Assembly (NCBI GenBank): GCA_965655095.1
Contig: OZ296649.1
Location: forward strand, 104,036,001-104,100,000
DNA length: 64,000 bases
Direction of reading: 5' to 3'
Origin: Haplodiscus bocki
Taxonomy: Eukaryota
Made by a program: the position numbers and the translations under genes. Of the stretch, positions 24,611 to 38,269 are shown piece by piece. The first letter of the stretch is position 1. Every line of letters starts with the position of its first letter. The notes below the pieces were generated by a model. The model saw nothing but the letters and a program-made list of their open reading frames with translations. It was not told the DNA's origin and did not search any database.

Positions 24611-27600
24611 AAAGAATAATGTATGGTATGGATTTGGGTGCCCGAGTTCTTGACTGGAGCTAAATTTACGCTTTCCGCAAATACCGAGTGCATAGAGTGT
24701 ATAAGACGGATAATGTGTTATGATGTGCGAGCCGCGCTGATTGTGTTCGACGATGTCTCATGATACCGTATGGATCCAGATCCTGCAGACATTAATAAAC
24801 TGTGAAATAGACTTGAAGCTGAGAGGTCGTACACTTGTGCATCAAAGCATGCTTTAATTCTGCAATTTTCGAAGATGAGTTTAAGGGTCGGTAATTTATG
24901 GGAAGTCTAAGGTATGTTTTGAGCCACACCTGTCTTGAGATTCGGTTTTCGATTAAGCATTGTCAATTTTGAAAAGCGTCAAGATTATGGTAGGTAACGT
25001 CCCGCACTCAATATCGGGCAGATGATGTTTAGGTGTCAGCTTCTTTCCATCGCTCTTCCTCTCTTTGTTGCTCACACAAAACTATTGGAGAAAATGGATG
25101 GAATTCTAAGTAAAATGCGTTCTCTTTTGTTTTCACAAAGATGTATTTTGAGAAACACTGCTGATGTTCTGCATGTTATACTCCACAGAGATCTGTCCGT
25201 AATATTTGTGAAAATTGTGTGTTGTGTTAAAGCTATTCCTTACACATTGAGAGACGAATTGACGTGTGACAGCTTTCAGTTGTACATCGTGCGACTAAAT
25301 CTATAACAGACATTGTCTTTCAGTTCTCCTCTTTAAATTCAGTTGGTGTTAACGCCGACAGAAGTTATCATCATTCAGTCAGAACCTGAGAAACAAGATA
25401 AAACTCAGATTTCGGAGAGTTGAAACTTGTCAGATATCGAAACAAAATTTTTACAAGGTGGCAGATTTTGAATTAAAATTTTTTACATCGCGTCAGATTT
25501 TGCATTAAAAACTTTACAACGCGACAAATTTTGAAGAAAATTATATTTTTAAAAACCATGATTTTGAAGAAAGACATATTTTTAAAAAGCACGATTTTGA
25601 AGAAAAAAAATTTTTTAAAAAGCACGATTTCAAGGAAAAATTGTTTTAAAAAAGCAGATTTTTAAAACTTTTTTGCTCACAAAAAAACACGTTTTGATCC
25701 TATTTACCCCGTAAAAAGAGCAAATTTTTCGTTTTACGTGCAATTTTAAAAAGCACGATTTTGAAAAAGCATGAATTTGAATTTAAAATTTTTCTTAAAA
25801 AGCATAAATTTGAATGAGAAAGTTTTTGTAAGAAACATAATTTTGAATTAAAAATTTTTCGTCCTGTCATATTCTGAATTAAAAATTTTACGATTTAAAG
25901 ATTTTATGATCAACGTAACAATACCTATTAAGACAGTCAACCCTGTGTTCATCGATATACTCAGATAGGGAATGGTATTCAACAATTTTCTACTAGGAAC
26001 TATGAGGTTTGCAACGTAAGGAGATAAGTAGTCTGGTTTTAATGACTCATTTATGATGATGTCATGTCCTTTGATAAGGCAGAGAGCCGACCTAATCAAG
26101 TATGGAAGTAGGTTATAGAGTAGCGACTGAGGAGGGCGTTCATTTATGTATTACGCTAGGGCGAACTTCTGCAATGTACTAAGATAAATTCCGGCTTCGG
26201 CTGCCTAAGGGAGTGTTACCATACATAGAAATTGTCAATGAACTTTTACTCCTCACTCAAAGTCATCAAAGAAAAGAAAAAAGTAAATTTTCAGAAAACA
26301 ACAAATATCGCACCATCAAACAATAGAAATCAAACAACTGAAACAAATAGCTACACTTGAATACAATTACAGTTGATCACAAACGGTGGAATTCCATCCA
26401 TTGCTCCGGGCTTCCAGAGATCACTCAAGTCTTCAACCGTAGCAACTGTTTCGTTCACTCGTCCGTCCGGTAAGTAATTTGAAAGAATGCAAAGCTGACG
26501 CGCAATCCCTTCTTCTTACTGTCCATCGTTCGCAATGAAGAGAACACCGGATATGAGTCTCTTCTAGGTTGTTGAGTTGTTGGTTGAGGGCACTGATTGA
26601 ACATAGAGTATGTAAAATTAGTGCGGTTGAGTGACATAAGAGTTGCTGGAACCATGTCCCATAAATTGTACGGGTTCAGAAAAATGATCTGTCTGACTTT
26701 TGTAGGAGTTTCAGGGAAGAACGTAAAGGCACAATCAAAATCTACATAAGTCATCATGTTCTCCTCGTCAATGAAGTGTACAACGTCATAAAAAAACAGT
26801 CTTTTTGACATTCGGACCACAATTTGATATAAGATCATCTTTCAGACGCAAAATTGAATGAATTGCAAGCCTTGTAGGATCATAAGGAGAGAGTACGGAT
26901 TTATTGTAGTTGTACATCGTTTCCTGTAATAGGAAAAGTTATTCCACTTCGACAAAGGTTGAGCAGTGAAATCTGATCGTAGGAAGGTATTGTTGAGAAA
27001 TTTCACCAGTCGTTGGGCACGTTGGTAGTTGGAAGAAGCGAGTTGCTGCTGTCGAGGAAGATTTTTAAAGAATCAATTTTCAGAATGGCAAGTTGTTGCT
27101 TTTGTACAAGCTTAACCGATTCATTCCTGCTTTATATGGAAAACCTTTCCTTTTTTGGTCAAAGCTACAACGATTTTCATACATGGTAGGTGTTTCCTTT
27201 ATCGGGGACCTGATGCAAATTTTAACACTATTTTGTTTTTCAGTCATTTGTTCATACTAATTTCTCCAGACAACCTGCCCCGCTTGAGTGATTTTCTCAG
27301 GCACGCTGTCTGGCGATGTTAATCCGCATGAAGAATTTTCCCAGACAGTCTGTCACCATAAAAGGGGAACTCGTAACTCGTTGTTTTGACATGCAAGCTC
27401 TTTCATCCTTTTAACTAGTTTTTAAAGGTATATAGTCGGTTTTTAAAACGAAAGAAACTGATTGAGAGCTCCCCTTACCGTTGGTCTTTCGCTTGATCTG
27501 TTTTTTTTTACGGTCTTTCCATTTATGGTATAAAATAGTCAGTAGCACTGGCTACATTTTTTTTGCCATTATTTCTTTTTCATTGGTTCATTCAAGTTGT

Positions 27601-30600
27601 TACAAATTTTATGTTTACTTCACGAACTTACGTTATACTACTATTACTCAAATTTCTTCCCTCTGTCGCAGCAAAAAATTTACTTGTGAAAAATGTGGAA
27701 CACAAACTAGAATAAGCATTTGTTTGACGGCATAAGAGGAGGTGTTCAACTGAGACAATTCATTTTACCCAGTGTCCCAATTTCTCAACAATTTCCCAGA
27801 CTTACCTCTCGTTACTTCTTTAGTTCTCTCGATTGACCGTTGAAACTTGAGTGCACTTTTCGTAGACAACTCTCAGGTGCCTCTCCTGAAAGCTGCGAAT
27901 TTTTCTCTTGCAAGTAACAAGTTACAAAGCATCCTCCAAGTAATTTTAACCCTAGTTATCTACCCATTCATCTTTGTCGCTTCCATTGAGTGTATGGATT
28001 CTTTTATTTTGACCGATAAGAGCACATATTGTACTACTTTCAAATTTTCTGGTTCGTCGGTCGGGTTATTATCGATAAATGGAAGCGGCTTCCTGTCATA
28101 GGTTAAGTCCATTTTTTTCAAATATCAATCAACCATGTAGTCTCTCCACGCTTTCCTCGGTGTACGTTGATCGCTTCTTGCTTCAAACCCCTTACGGAAC
28201 TGTTTTACGAACTTCATACTCGTGAAGCAGCCCGCTGAAACTATTGCATGATGATTGATCTACAGGATTTCCTTTTATGGCATTGGTTTTAACTTTGCGC
28301 CCACATAAGTACAAGAAGTTATTAGCTTGTCTGTTTTTAATTTAGTCATGTCGATTTTTCATTGCGCCATTGGGTGGCGTATTACTCGATTCTGATTGGC
28401 TCCTAACAACGTTGCTCGAAAACCGACAGCATTATATTTAGATCGGTCATATTTCGACAATGTGCTAAGGCAGTGTATAGCTCCGCAATGTTTCAATGTG
28501 GGGTATACCTTAACAATGTGATAAGATTGGGTATAGCTGAGCAATGTAAAAATGTTGGGTATAGCTCAACAATGTAATAAAGAAGGATTTAATAAAAAAG
28601 CGTACACTATCCACTAAGATATTAAGACCGGGTACAATTCGGTAATATAATTTTGTATGGTATGGATTTGGGTGTCCGAGTCATTAAATTGAGCTAAGAT
28701 TGGGATTTTTTGACAAAAAACAGGATGTATGAATCCGTCAATGTATTGGGAGGAGCGATCCGAGTCGATTTTGTTCCACTATGTATTTTGATAGCGTTTA
28801 GAGCCGGTCGCTTCAACTTTTCGCCTACCTTCTGCGTATACTGTCGGTATTATTTGGTATTCAAATTAACAGAAGCCATAAGACACATGAGTTTATCATT
28901 CAGGTTTAGGCATAATGCTACCAAAGTAAAAAAAATTGGTTGATTTGGTTTAATGTTCTTTGATTTTCAAACTAAGACTCCTGTCTCAAAAATTTTGTAT
29001 GCTTGCTTGTCCTCAAATTCCATGATTTGGGTACACAAACGCAAAGAAAGCCTGAGTACACAGTTTATCTCTCAACTTTCACAAGTTTTTTGTGGTATCT
29101 TGCAGTCATGCAGACTACGTTGCCGAGCATTTAAACTATTTTTTGTTATTTGAGGAACTCTTCGATGCAAAAGTACTGCTTATTGGTCATGCTGTAACGC
29201 AAAGCTATGTTTTTGTAGTTTTTCAATCAGAAGAAACTGAAAACAATTCCCACGACTAATTGATCAAACATGTTGAAGAAACAATAGTCATGAAAATCCT
29301 TAAGCATTTTAGAACAAACGTCAACTACATTGCATATATGTCTGACTGTATGATTGAGATTTGTAACACTTACACAATCACTTTTGGTTATCAACGACAT
29401 ATTTTCTCACAATTTAGCTTCAAGTTATTTTTAGCATGAAATATTTTTGATTGTTTACTTTGAGTATAAGGACCAAGAGAGATGATGGTAAACATCAGGA
29501 CAAGAGTTACGCCAGTGAACATTCCTTTTTCTAGTTAAAGAAATACGGCTTTAACAGAACGTAGAAAGTTACAGTATACAACATTATCATTGTACATCGA
29601 GCGAATTGAAAACCCAAGCTTTTACAATATCAGACGACCTTACTTGTCTCTCAATGCGTTGCGCGGATCAGAAACCCGTTCTTATTAACAAAAATCTGTT
29701 AATATTACGTTGCAAACATGTGTTGACATAGCAAATGAGTACTTGCAGGCGTACAATATAGGCAGAGACGTGAAAAATCGTCGTTTTTGTAGTCTGCATG
29801 AATTTAAACGTGCAGTTTATACAATGTTTTTGTTAACAATTGTACTTTCAAACTAATTTCTCGAGCTTAAAGTCAATCTTTTCACATAACACTAGGTCAA
29901 AACAGTATCCGCAGGCGTAGCAGAAAGTGATTGACAACTTCTTTTATGTCTGGTATTTTTAAGGGAGATATTTTTTGCGATCTATCTCTATATGGTAACA
30001 TTTATTGTGTAACATTTGCTACATATTTTCGCCATTATTTTTTTTGCACTGGTACAGTCAAGTTGCTACAATATCTACATTTTTTTTCAGATTTTTCTGT
30101 CACACTAATATTGTATTCTGCAGACGTCACTGAGGTATACCCCAAACCTAATACATGGTCAAACTATACTCTATTCTGAGACAAATTGCCGAGCTCAACC
30201 ATAACTTTTTACATTACCGAAAAATACCCTATCTCGTTACATTACCGAAGTGTGTTTTCACGTAGTATTAGGTCAAAACAGTATCCACAAGCGTAAAATT
30301 TAACCGCAAACACAACATACTTTCCCCAAGGGCGTTGTTCAGCGGCAGGTATGCCAGAAACGTTCTAAGAAAAAAAACCAAATCTTTGAAAAAAAATTAG
30401 GTCTCACATTGCCGAAAGTGAGTCTTCAAACCCCATTTCGTAACTTTATAGGTTGCAAAACCCTAAAGCCCATAATAGCACATCACTGAATGGCACAGCT
30501 TTTCTTAAAATTTTACCGAAAATCAATCCCTATCTTTATACAATGTCCATGATTTTGGAGGAAAAAGTAGTCCCATATTGCCGAAAATGAGTAAAACACC

Positions 30601-31262
30601 CCACTCTGTACCTTTATACGTTGAAAAACCTGGAACCTAGAGTATTACAATACCGAATGTCACTCCTTATCTTAATACATTACCGAAAATCATTCTCTAT
30701 CTTAAAACATCGACCTTGATTCCGGAAAAAAAAACAGTCTCACAGTGCCGAAAATGAGTCATTCCATATCTTTATACATTGAGACGAACTATAGCCTATG
30801 CTTATACAATACCGAATTTTATTGCCTATCTTAATACATGCATCCCCTATCTTAATACATGAACTACCCAACTTAATACATTGAGTCGGCTCCCTATCTT
30901 AATACATGCGCTGCCTATCTTCATACATGCATTACCTATCTTAATACAATGACTCGGCTTTCGGGTCCATATCTTGATACATTGAACCGACACGACTCGT
31001 CTCGGCAGCCAATCAGAATCGAACACCCGAGAACCCTCGGCTCTCAGCAACCACTCTGAATCGAGCACCCGAGAACCCTCGGCTCCCGGCAGCCAATTAG
31101 AATTGAGTATTACGTCACCCGAGTCATCAGCCAATCAGAATCGAGCATTACGTCACCCGAGAGCTCTCGGCTCGGGTGGAGGTCCTTTCTCGGCTCGCTA
31201 TAGCCTATCCTAATACATAGGGACCTCCACCCCCTACCAGGTCAGCTCACACTCTTACTACT
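24121..31262 (-). repeat. Right arm of giant inverted repeat (~7.14 kb, complete to terminus)
   Basis: Reverse complement of 17617-24120, then of 3773-4340. Ends ...CAGCTCACACTCTTACTACT at 31262. Confidence 0.96.
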
Positions 31263-31268
31263 TACTAG
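31263..31268. repeat. 6-bp target-site duplication TACTAG, right copy
   Basis: ...CTCTTACTACT|TACTAG|CCTATAG. It is a direct, not inverted, repeat of the left hexamer. Confidence 0.85.
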
Positions 31269-31399
31269 CCTATAGTATTTTGAGCCTATCCTATCTCTAA
31301 ACCTTTATAAAAAGTTGAAAACTTTGTTTCTATGATGTCTCATCACAATTGTTTTTCAATTATCTGCTTGAAAATCAAGACCACTTTTACCGTATTCAG

Positions 31400-31940
31400 T
31401 TTTTGGTCTCTTCAGGGTAGTAAAATGCTTATTTTGCGCCATAACAATTATAATATGGAGAGCAAAAACTTTCTCTCAAATGGAACGTCTTTTTTTACCC
31501 GATGTCTGCCAATTGCGTTCACGCAAACATCGAAAGTTTGTTCACGCTTATGAACGTGAATTTTTTTCACCAAATTTTAGCAAATTTGCCGTAAAATGCG
31601 ACTGAGATAGTAAGATTTCACAAAACGAACGAAATTTAGTTTTTTTGGAAAAACAGATTTTTTTTTCGAAAAAAAAGCTTGAATTTTTTTCAAAATTGCT
31701 AAATGTGATAATTTTTTTTGTAAAATGCGTATCAAATGGCATTGTTTCTTGAAAATGACTTTTCCACCTCAATTGTGTGGTTTTTTGGCTGAAAGTCAGA
31801 AAATTTTCAAAGTTGGAAAAATTAGAAAATATGAAAAAAGAGTATTTTAAAAAAAACGCTTTAATCTTTTTAAAAAGCAACTTTACCAAAATGGGAAGGC
31901 GCTAAATATGTTGGTGGTAGCCGGCCGTTTTGTTTTTTAT
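31400..31940. mobile_element. Non-coding interspersed repeat ending GGTGGTAGCCGGCCGTTTTGTT (Helentron/HINE-like end); a related end lies at ~34958-34982 in a MINDY3 intron
   Basis: A shared GGTGGTAGCCGG..GT(C/T)TTGTT end motif occurs twice in the window. The body is AT-rich. The class is inferred. Confidence 0.4.
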
Positions 31941-32637
31941 CCGTTCCACTCGTACTGCTCTCTATCAAACTTCGCGTTTCACAATTCACCCACATTCCAG
32001 CACAGAGGCGGAGCTGCTTCGCAATACTTGCGCAAACGAAATACACGTAAGAAAGGCAATAACATTTCATTCGGTTGATATTTTGAAGCAGCAATGTAGA
32101 GCATTCGACTGCGATGGGAAAAGTCCTAAGTTCGCTCTCTCTTTCACCAAAATGTAGGAACAAAGCGAGTTGTGTACGGATCGGACAAAAAGTCCGCAGA
32201 AGACTGTTGTGATGTAAACAATGCAGATGAAATAACGAGGTGGAGAGAAAACAAGAAGCTTCATTTTCATTCAAGGCAGCAAAAACTACAGAAATTTTCA
32301 AACTCCAACAAGACACTCAGAAAATACTGTAAATGAATTGAAAATCACTTGTAATACTCAGGAACTATACTTATATAAGAAAGTCGAACTTTGTAGACTT
32401 TCATTTCTGAAAAATTTTAGATGAAACACATACAGCGTGCAATAATTAGTCTGTAAACAATGTTGAAACCATTTCTTTTCCGTTCATAAATTCCGCAGCC
32501 AAAACAGTGAACACGATCTTGAAGTCTACTATCATCTATCAACCCTTTTTCATATCAGGTGCTCGTTCACACAGAAGTAACAGCAGACTGACTCATTAGC
32601 CAGCCAGTCAGAGGAATCAGTAGATGACTGATTTGCC

Positions 32638-35600
32638 TCAATCCACACAGGGCGACGGTCCCACAGTCCAACTGATCTGGATGGCAGGCCACTTGGTGGC
32701 CAGAATTAGATCCATCTTGGTGGAAGTGCGCGCATCCAAAGAGGAAAGTCCGATCACACCGGAGCCGTAGCTATAACAAGTCTGATGACTCTCAAGTACA
32801 AAGCCTTCCGCTCCTTCTTCAAAACTGAAACATGGAAATGCCAATAAACTTCACATTATCTTTTTATATCAATTATACATAGCATATCCAAACTTCCAAT
32901 AAAAAAGCAACTGAGTGCATTTGAATATAAGACACTCATGCGTTAAAAGATTAGGTGAAAACTTGATAATCACATTTCGTTAGAAAGTTGGATATTTCCA
33001 AAACTTTTAAAACTCAGTTTCAGTTTAAAATGTACGCCTTTTTTCCCAGGGTTATGACTCCGCACTTCATCGTGAAACCCAAACTCACCTAGTTTTGTCA
33101 GCTTGCTCCGTGTTAAGCATCATCATTCCGTTGTAATGAATGAAAGGAACGTCCGTGATGATCTCAAACTCCGAAGCGCTCAATAGTTCTGGATAAAATG
33201 TCTGAATAATTGAGCCCAGGGTAATGATTCCTAGGTCTTCAGTATCCAAACGACTTCTCGTTGATGCAATGGACTCGACGTCTGATGGTAAATCTAAATC
33301 TCTTTAAAAAATAACTTGTTATTTTTCACTAAATTGTTAGGGACTACCTTTACTGTTAAAAATATGCGCGGTTACAGATCAAGTGACCGGAACAAAAACC
33401 TTTCCACAAAATAAATGTGTTGCATGCTTTTCGCAGTTTGATTGAAACAATTGGACAAAATATTATCCACAGAAACCAGAGACAACAAATGGATTCAGGA
33501 GCATGTTTGAGTATTCTCCAAAAAATGTGGATCGCTTTGCTTCATTCTTTCATGCAGTTCGATTTATATTTTGCACAGTACTAACCTCAGAAGACTCTCT
33601 AAATCCTGCTCCTGAATGAAGCCGTTGCCATTTGCATCATACTTGGCGAAGGTTTGTTTGACATGATCCGAAGCCGACGCTGAGCACAACGACTTTTCAA
33701 GAGAACACAGAACAGTGAGATGAGTTTCTGTGGACAAAAGCCAACATGGAAGTTTCGGCGCTTTCATTCTATACCCGACTTCAATGTATCTGTAATGTTC
33801 CAGAAGAGATAGATAGCCATTTTCCGGACTACTCTGAATTCCATTCAGGATCATGCCTGAAAAGACACCCAGACAATAAAATCTTTTAATTCCATGTGAA
33901 CTTTTCAAACTAGCAAAAACAAAACCATTTTTTCCAATTGTTTGAAGCGTAATTCTGCCTTTTCTGTTAATGACTCAAGAGTTTGGAAGTAATTCGTGTA
34001 CGTGGACCTTGGTCTACGACTGTGGTACATGCAAAAACTTGAGCGAATGTTAAAAATACGCAACATAGGGTGGAACTATTCTCTATGCAACATTTGAATG
34101 CTTGCAGTTCTTGAAACCTCAAAATTTTGAAAGCAATTCATCAGCAACTAAATCATTTCGCCAACCTCCAATGTCTTTAGCACCATCAAACAAGTAGGGT
34201 GTAGCAGCTCCAGTTAAGCACAAGTTCGTCAGTGCAATTGACCCATGTCCGTGAATTTCGTCAATCAAAGGGCCACTCTCCAGAGCCCCAAGATCAGCTT
34301 CAACAACTTCTATGGTTCTGCTAAGGATCAATGAATACACAAATGCAAGAACCCCTCCATTATTGAGCAGAGTTGGCATAGAGCTGAGCAAAGTTCTCTC
34401 AACTGTTTCACTTCGTTTGTCCAAATAATGGATTTTCATGCTTTCATGCAACATGCTGTAGCCTAGCTCTCCCGTTGATTCGGGAGACTCTAACTTGACG
34501 ACCACAACATGACCTATAAGAACAAACAAAAAAACATCGGAAAAAGCGATACACATAATTTCTTCTCTTATACCAACCTTTAGCATTTTTGCGGTGATTT
34601 TACGAATAAACGCTTACACTGCTTTTCCCATCGATAACAACAGAATTTCATGCAAGGGTTTTATTTGCTTCAAGTAGATGAAATCAATGCAATACTACAA
34701 TATAAGTCACACCACGCATTTGATTCGAAAACCTGCAAAAAAACAGCAATTGGGAAAAAGCAGCAAATTTGATATAGAATGCGGATAAAATGGTAATATT
34801 TCTTTACAATGCCTTGTGACCAGAATTAAGGGAATTTTTAAAAAGTTCCGATTCTTTTGAAATTGGGAAAAAATAGCCAGTGTGATATAGAGCGCACATA
34901 GAAGGGTAATTTGTCATGAAGCGCACTTTTAACAAAGTTGGAGAGCGGAGAATTTTACGGTGGTAGCCGGGTGTCTTGTTTAAATACACCACCTAACTTT
35001 GTAAGTTATATCCTTGACTAAGTTTTTGTTTTGATCCAAGCCCTCCCCAGCATCCGCTTTCAGCCGTGATCTTTTATGCTGTTCGGAATTATCATAGCTC
35101 AAATATGCGAGAAAACCGCTTTTCCATTACGACATGAACGTTGCTGTTGAAAGTAGGAAAATGTGTAACATTTTTAAGAATTGAATAGATAATACCTGTT
35201 GCACAGCGTAATAAGATTTTGGACAAAGCTGTGGCAAGTAAGTTGGTTTGAGACAAAGTAGTGCTGTATTGTTTCATGGCTGCGTGGAAGGCAGCAGGTG
35301 AGCTGATAGCAGAAAAGGAACTATCTTTGGTGATGAGGGACAACATCTCCGCCTGGATAGGGGCAAGAACTGCACACGGACCACCATCTCGCTGCATCAG
35401 CGCACTGGGTTCCTTCTCACTATCAAAAGAACAGCGGAAGTGGCAGCTTTGGAATAAAATTTATGATGGGATGACAAAAATACCAATTGAAGAAACTTTG
35501 GTCTTGGTGGAAAGGCAAAAAGTTTTCCACAGCTTCATGTTATCCCATCGAACATCTTTTCAAAAGAAATGGACAGCTCACATTGGTTATTTTTACAAAG

Positions 35601-35995
35601 ACCCGTCGAAACTAGTGAAAGATTTGGCTGTCAAGTATGGCTTTAAATTAATTTTTTCCTAAATATTCTTTGATACCACTTTCCGAAAAGAACAGTATTT
35701 TCGACATTACACATGCTAGGAGAGGGACGGAATAATGCCTAAAAAACAATGTAATAGAATAGCATGATATGCCTTTAAATGACATTCGCGAAATCAATTT
35801 AGACGTTAGTTAGACGTTATTCCTTTCCTGGTCGCTAAGCAAAAAGAATTCAGTTAAATTTCAATACAGAGCCAAACTAATATTAACGAACCTGAAAATA
35901 AAAGGCTGGTTCCACTGAAGGAACGACTTCGTTTCAACGGTGGATCCCCACAGAATTAATTGGGCATTTTTCAAGCTCTCTACAGATGCCGACAT
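32638..35995 (-). CDS. MINDY3: Ubiquitin carboxyl-terminal hydrolase MINDY-3 (FAM188A-like), 6 coding exons, ~448 aa
   Basis: Exons 35995-35892, 35419-35196, 34513-34166, 33856-33586, 33301-33089 and 32824-32638, all with GT..AG introns and consistent phase (1347 nt). Motifs: LWG..F.QWNQPFIFS, QRDGGPCAVLAPIQA (catalytic Cys), GHGSIALTNLCLTG, GYLSLLE, PCWLLSTETHLTV (catalytic His), EF-hand FAKYDANGNGFI, HYNG and TKWP. Confidence 0.95.
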
Positions 35996-36541
35996 TTATG
36001 CCACGACAGGGTGGCTTCCTTTCATTAATATCCGAAACTCAAGCTACACCATACCACTGAAAACAATACAGGATTAATAATCTCATAAAATCTGCCTAGG
36101 AAACAGAAAGAAGCACAATCAAAATTAAATCGTCTTTTTTCATCACCGCAGTCTTGTTGCTAAAAAAGGAAAAACCAAAATCCTGCCCACTAAGAATCTC
36201 TCTATTGAAAATCCGTTCAAGTTAAAATTCCGGAAAACTGCTAAAATATAATCTGGAGGTATGAATAGTTTTCTGTTGATTGCTTGCTGATCGTGCGGGT
36301 AATAAGTTACGGCTAGACAAATTACAAAATATTGTTGTGATACTTTCTAGATCTTTTTCCACGCTTGGCTCAATTTTGTGCTTATTCTGAAACAAAATTG
36401 AAAGCTCCTCTCATTCATGACCATTCTTATATCAAGTATTCAGCTTCAATCAATTAAGCTTCTCAAAGAGGAATTAAACACGTTTGAAGAGCAGAATTAA
36501 TTGCGAAGATACTAAAGGCTAATCTAAAAATATTTTCCAGG

Positions 36542-37198
36542 TTATTTTGGTTTGAATTTGTTTTTCAAGGCATCGAAGTCTTTTTCAGTTAGTTGATAAC
36601 CCCAGTGCTGGAGCACCTGCCTGACAACAGGTGATACAGAGATGTCGTTATATTTTTTACCAGCCCGGGCAATTTTGCTAATCAAATTGTTTTTCCATCG
36701 ACCTCTAGGCCCAGCACACTTGAGCCATCTTCCGACTTGGCGAGCATCATCTTCATGACGGCGACCTTGGTAAAATCTGCAGTACCATTGGAACCACCCG
36801 TAAGGATCACACGGTTTGATCCAGCCGCTCTCCTCCCACATTTGCAAGGAACCTCCACACTTCACTTTATATTTATTCACTTCTTCATAATAAATCGAAC
36901 TGCTAATTTGTTTCTTTACATTAAGTCCTTCCAGCCAATCAGTGGGTAACTCTTTCCAAACTTCATCACTATATTTCATTTTAGTTACAGACGAATAAAT
37001 GGGACGGAAATAAGTACCGCCAAAGCTACCCATCTGTAACACTTCCTTAGGCGTCAAGTTTGGCCTAAAATCGGGGTAATCCTCGAAGAGAATAATGCCA
37101 TTTTCCAAGCGATCAGGCACTGATGCCACATTTGTTGATTTCACTTTTTTACTGGGACTAGACTCAGCAGCAATCGCTGCCGCAATTCTCTTATTCAT
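36542..37198 (-). CDS. Conserved uncharacterised protein, intronless CDS (~218 aa from ATG at 37198)
   Basis: Intact ORF with FRPNLTPKEVLQMGSFGGTYFR, VNKYKVKCG, DPYGWFQWYCRFYQGRR..DD.RQV.RW and SPVVRQVLQHWGY. The ATG is preceded by an acceptor-like TTTTCAG. The 37291 start in the track is a TTG and less likely. Confidence 0.85.
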   Translation of the reverse strand: MNKRIAAAIAAESSPSKKVKSTNVASVPDRLENGIILFEDYPDFRPNLTPKEVLQMGSFGGTYFRPIYSSVTKMKYSDEVWKELPTDWLEGLNVKKQISSSIYYEEVNKYKVKCGGSLQMWEESGWIKPCDPYGWFQWYCRFYQGRRHEDDARQVGRWLKCAGPRGRWKNNLISKIARAGKKYNDISVSPVVRQVLQHWGYQLTEKDFDALKNKFKPK

Positions 37199-38269
37199 TG
37201 TTACTTCCTGAAAATGAGCCCAAGAATGATTAGACAAATTAATCAAGAACACGACAAGAACGGCCCAAATAGGAGCTACCCTCAAGGCCAAAAAAATGGT
37301 GGCCTTTCTTTTGGAGAAACTGTGGCTTTCGAGAAAAAAACCTGATATAATAACACACTTAGTTCAACTTTCATCACATAGTGCCAAGAAATTGTAGAAA
37401 TTTTCCTACAATTTTTCTCATTCTTTCACTGGGCCCGGGTGCGCACGGTCCTTTTAATTTGTGTAACGTTTTATGATGGGAAAGGTAAATTAATACGGAC
37501 CGTGCGTACTGCAGTCAGTATTCGTGAAGAAAAAAATCAGGAGACCGTGATGGGCAATCAGAAAAACAGGCGTTACTACGCTGCAAGCTGCAGAGCCTCC
37601 TTAGTGTCAATACGATGCAGCGCCTCCTGACGTTTTATAATTTAAGTAACTTTTCTAAAACGCATACACTCAATACAAGTCCCCAAAAAAAGGCTACAAG
37701 TACAGCCGAATAACAAACTGGCCTCATTAGCTCAAGTTTTTGCCATCAACACGGGAATTCCGACAGTCGCAGACAAGTATTGTGCCAGTCACGGACAGGA
37801 ACTCTGGCAGTCGCGGACAAAAAGTCCTTCAAACATTGATGACACGCTCTACCGACAAATAAATATAGCAGTTTTGGCGCTTTCTACAAATAATCGCTAA
37901 TTTAACCTTATTGGAATGTGCCTTCGCCGATTTTGACCCTATTACAATTTTGGATCACTTTTTGGACAGGCAGACAGGTCCCAGTCAAATCTTTACTCGC
38001 CGTAGCTTTAGAATATAAATGAAACCATAAAAACGGACCAGTGTGACAATTCACGGAAATATCAAAAAGAAATATATTAGTTTCCGGCAATCTTCCAGAA
38101 CAAGCAAGTTGAAATATAGCAAAATAACTCGGCAACTGAAACCTTATTTTCCGTCGTGATGTATACTACGAAATTAAAATTGTTCTCTCAGTATGTAAAC
38201 TTCTTCCTTCGGCGATTTCCCAATTCTTACTGACTCAACTACGAATGTTTCAAGAACTTTATTCACTCA

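Larger units (their letters stand above)
11649..31262. mobile_element. Non-autonomous fold-back (palindromic) Polinton/Maverick-like element, from the nearest intact left terminus to the right terminus
   Basis: AGT-repeat termini, long TIR and a 6-bp TSD are established Polinton hallmarks. The interior is a giant inverted repeat with no long ORF. The interval includes a re-duplicated flank segment (15957-17616). Confidence 0.78.

Noticed and set aside
50-31134. Short track ORFs in the array and palindrome as real genes
   Set aside because: All are under 130 aa, often with non-ATG starts and no recognisable domains. They recur only because the DNA is duplicated.
17617-31268. Breakage-fusion-bridge or in-situ chromosomal inverted duplication
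   Set aside because: Symmetry stops exactly at the element terminus, and the flanking hexamer is a direct repeat, not a mirror image. Disfavoured rather than excluded.
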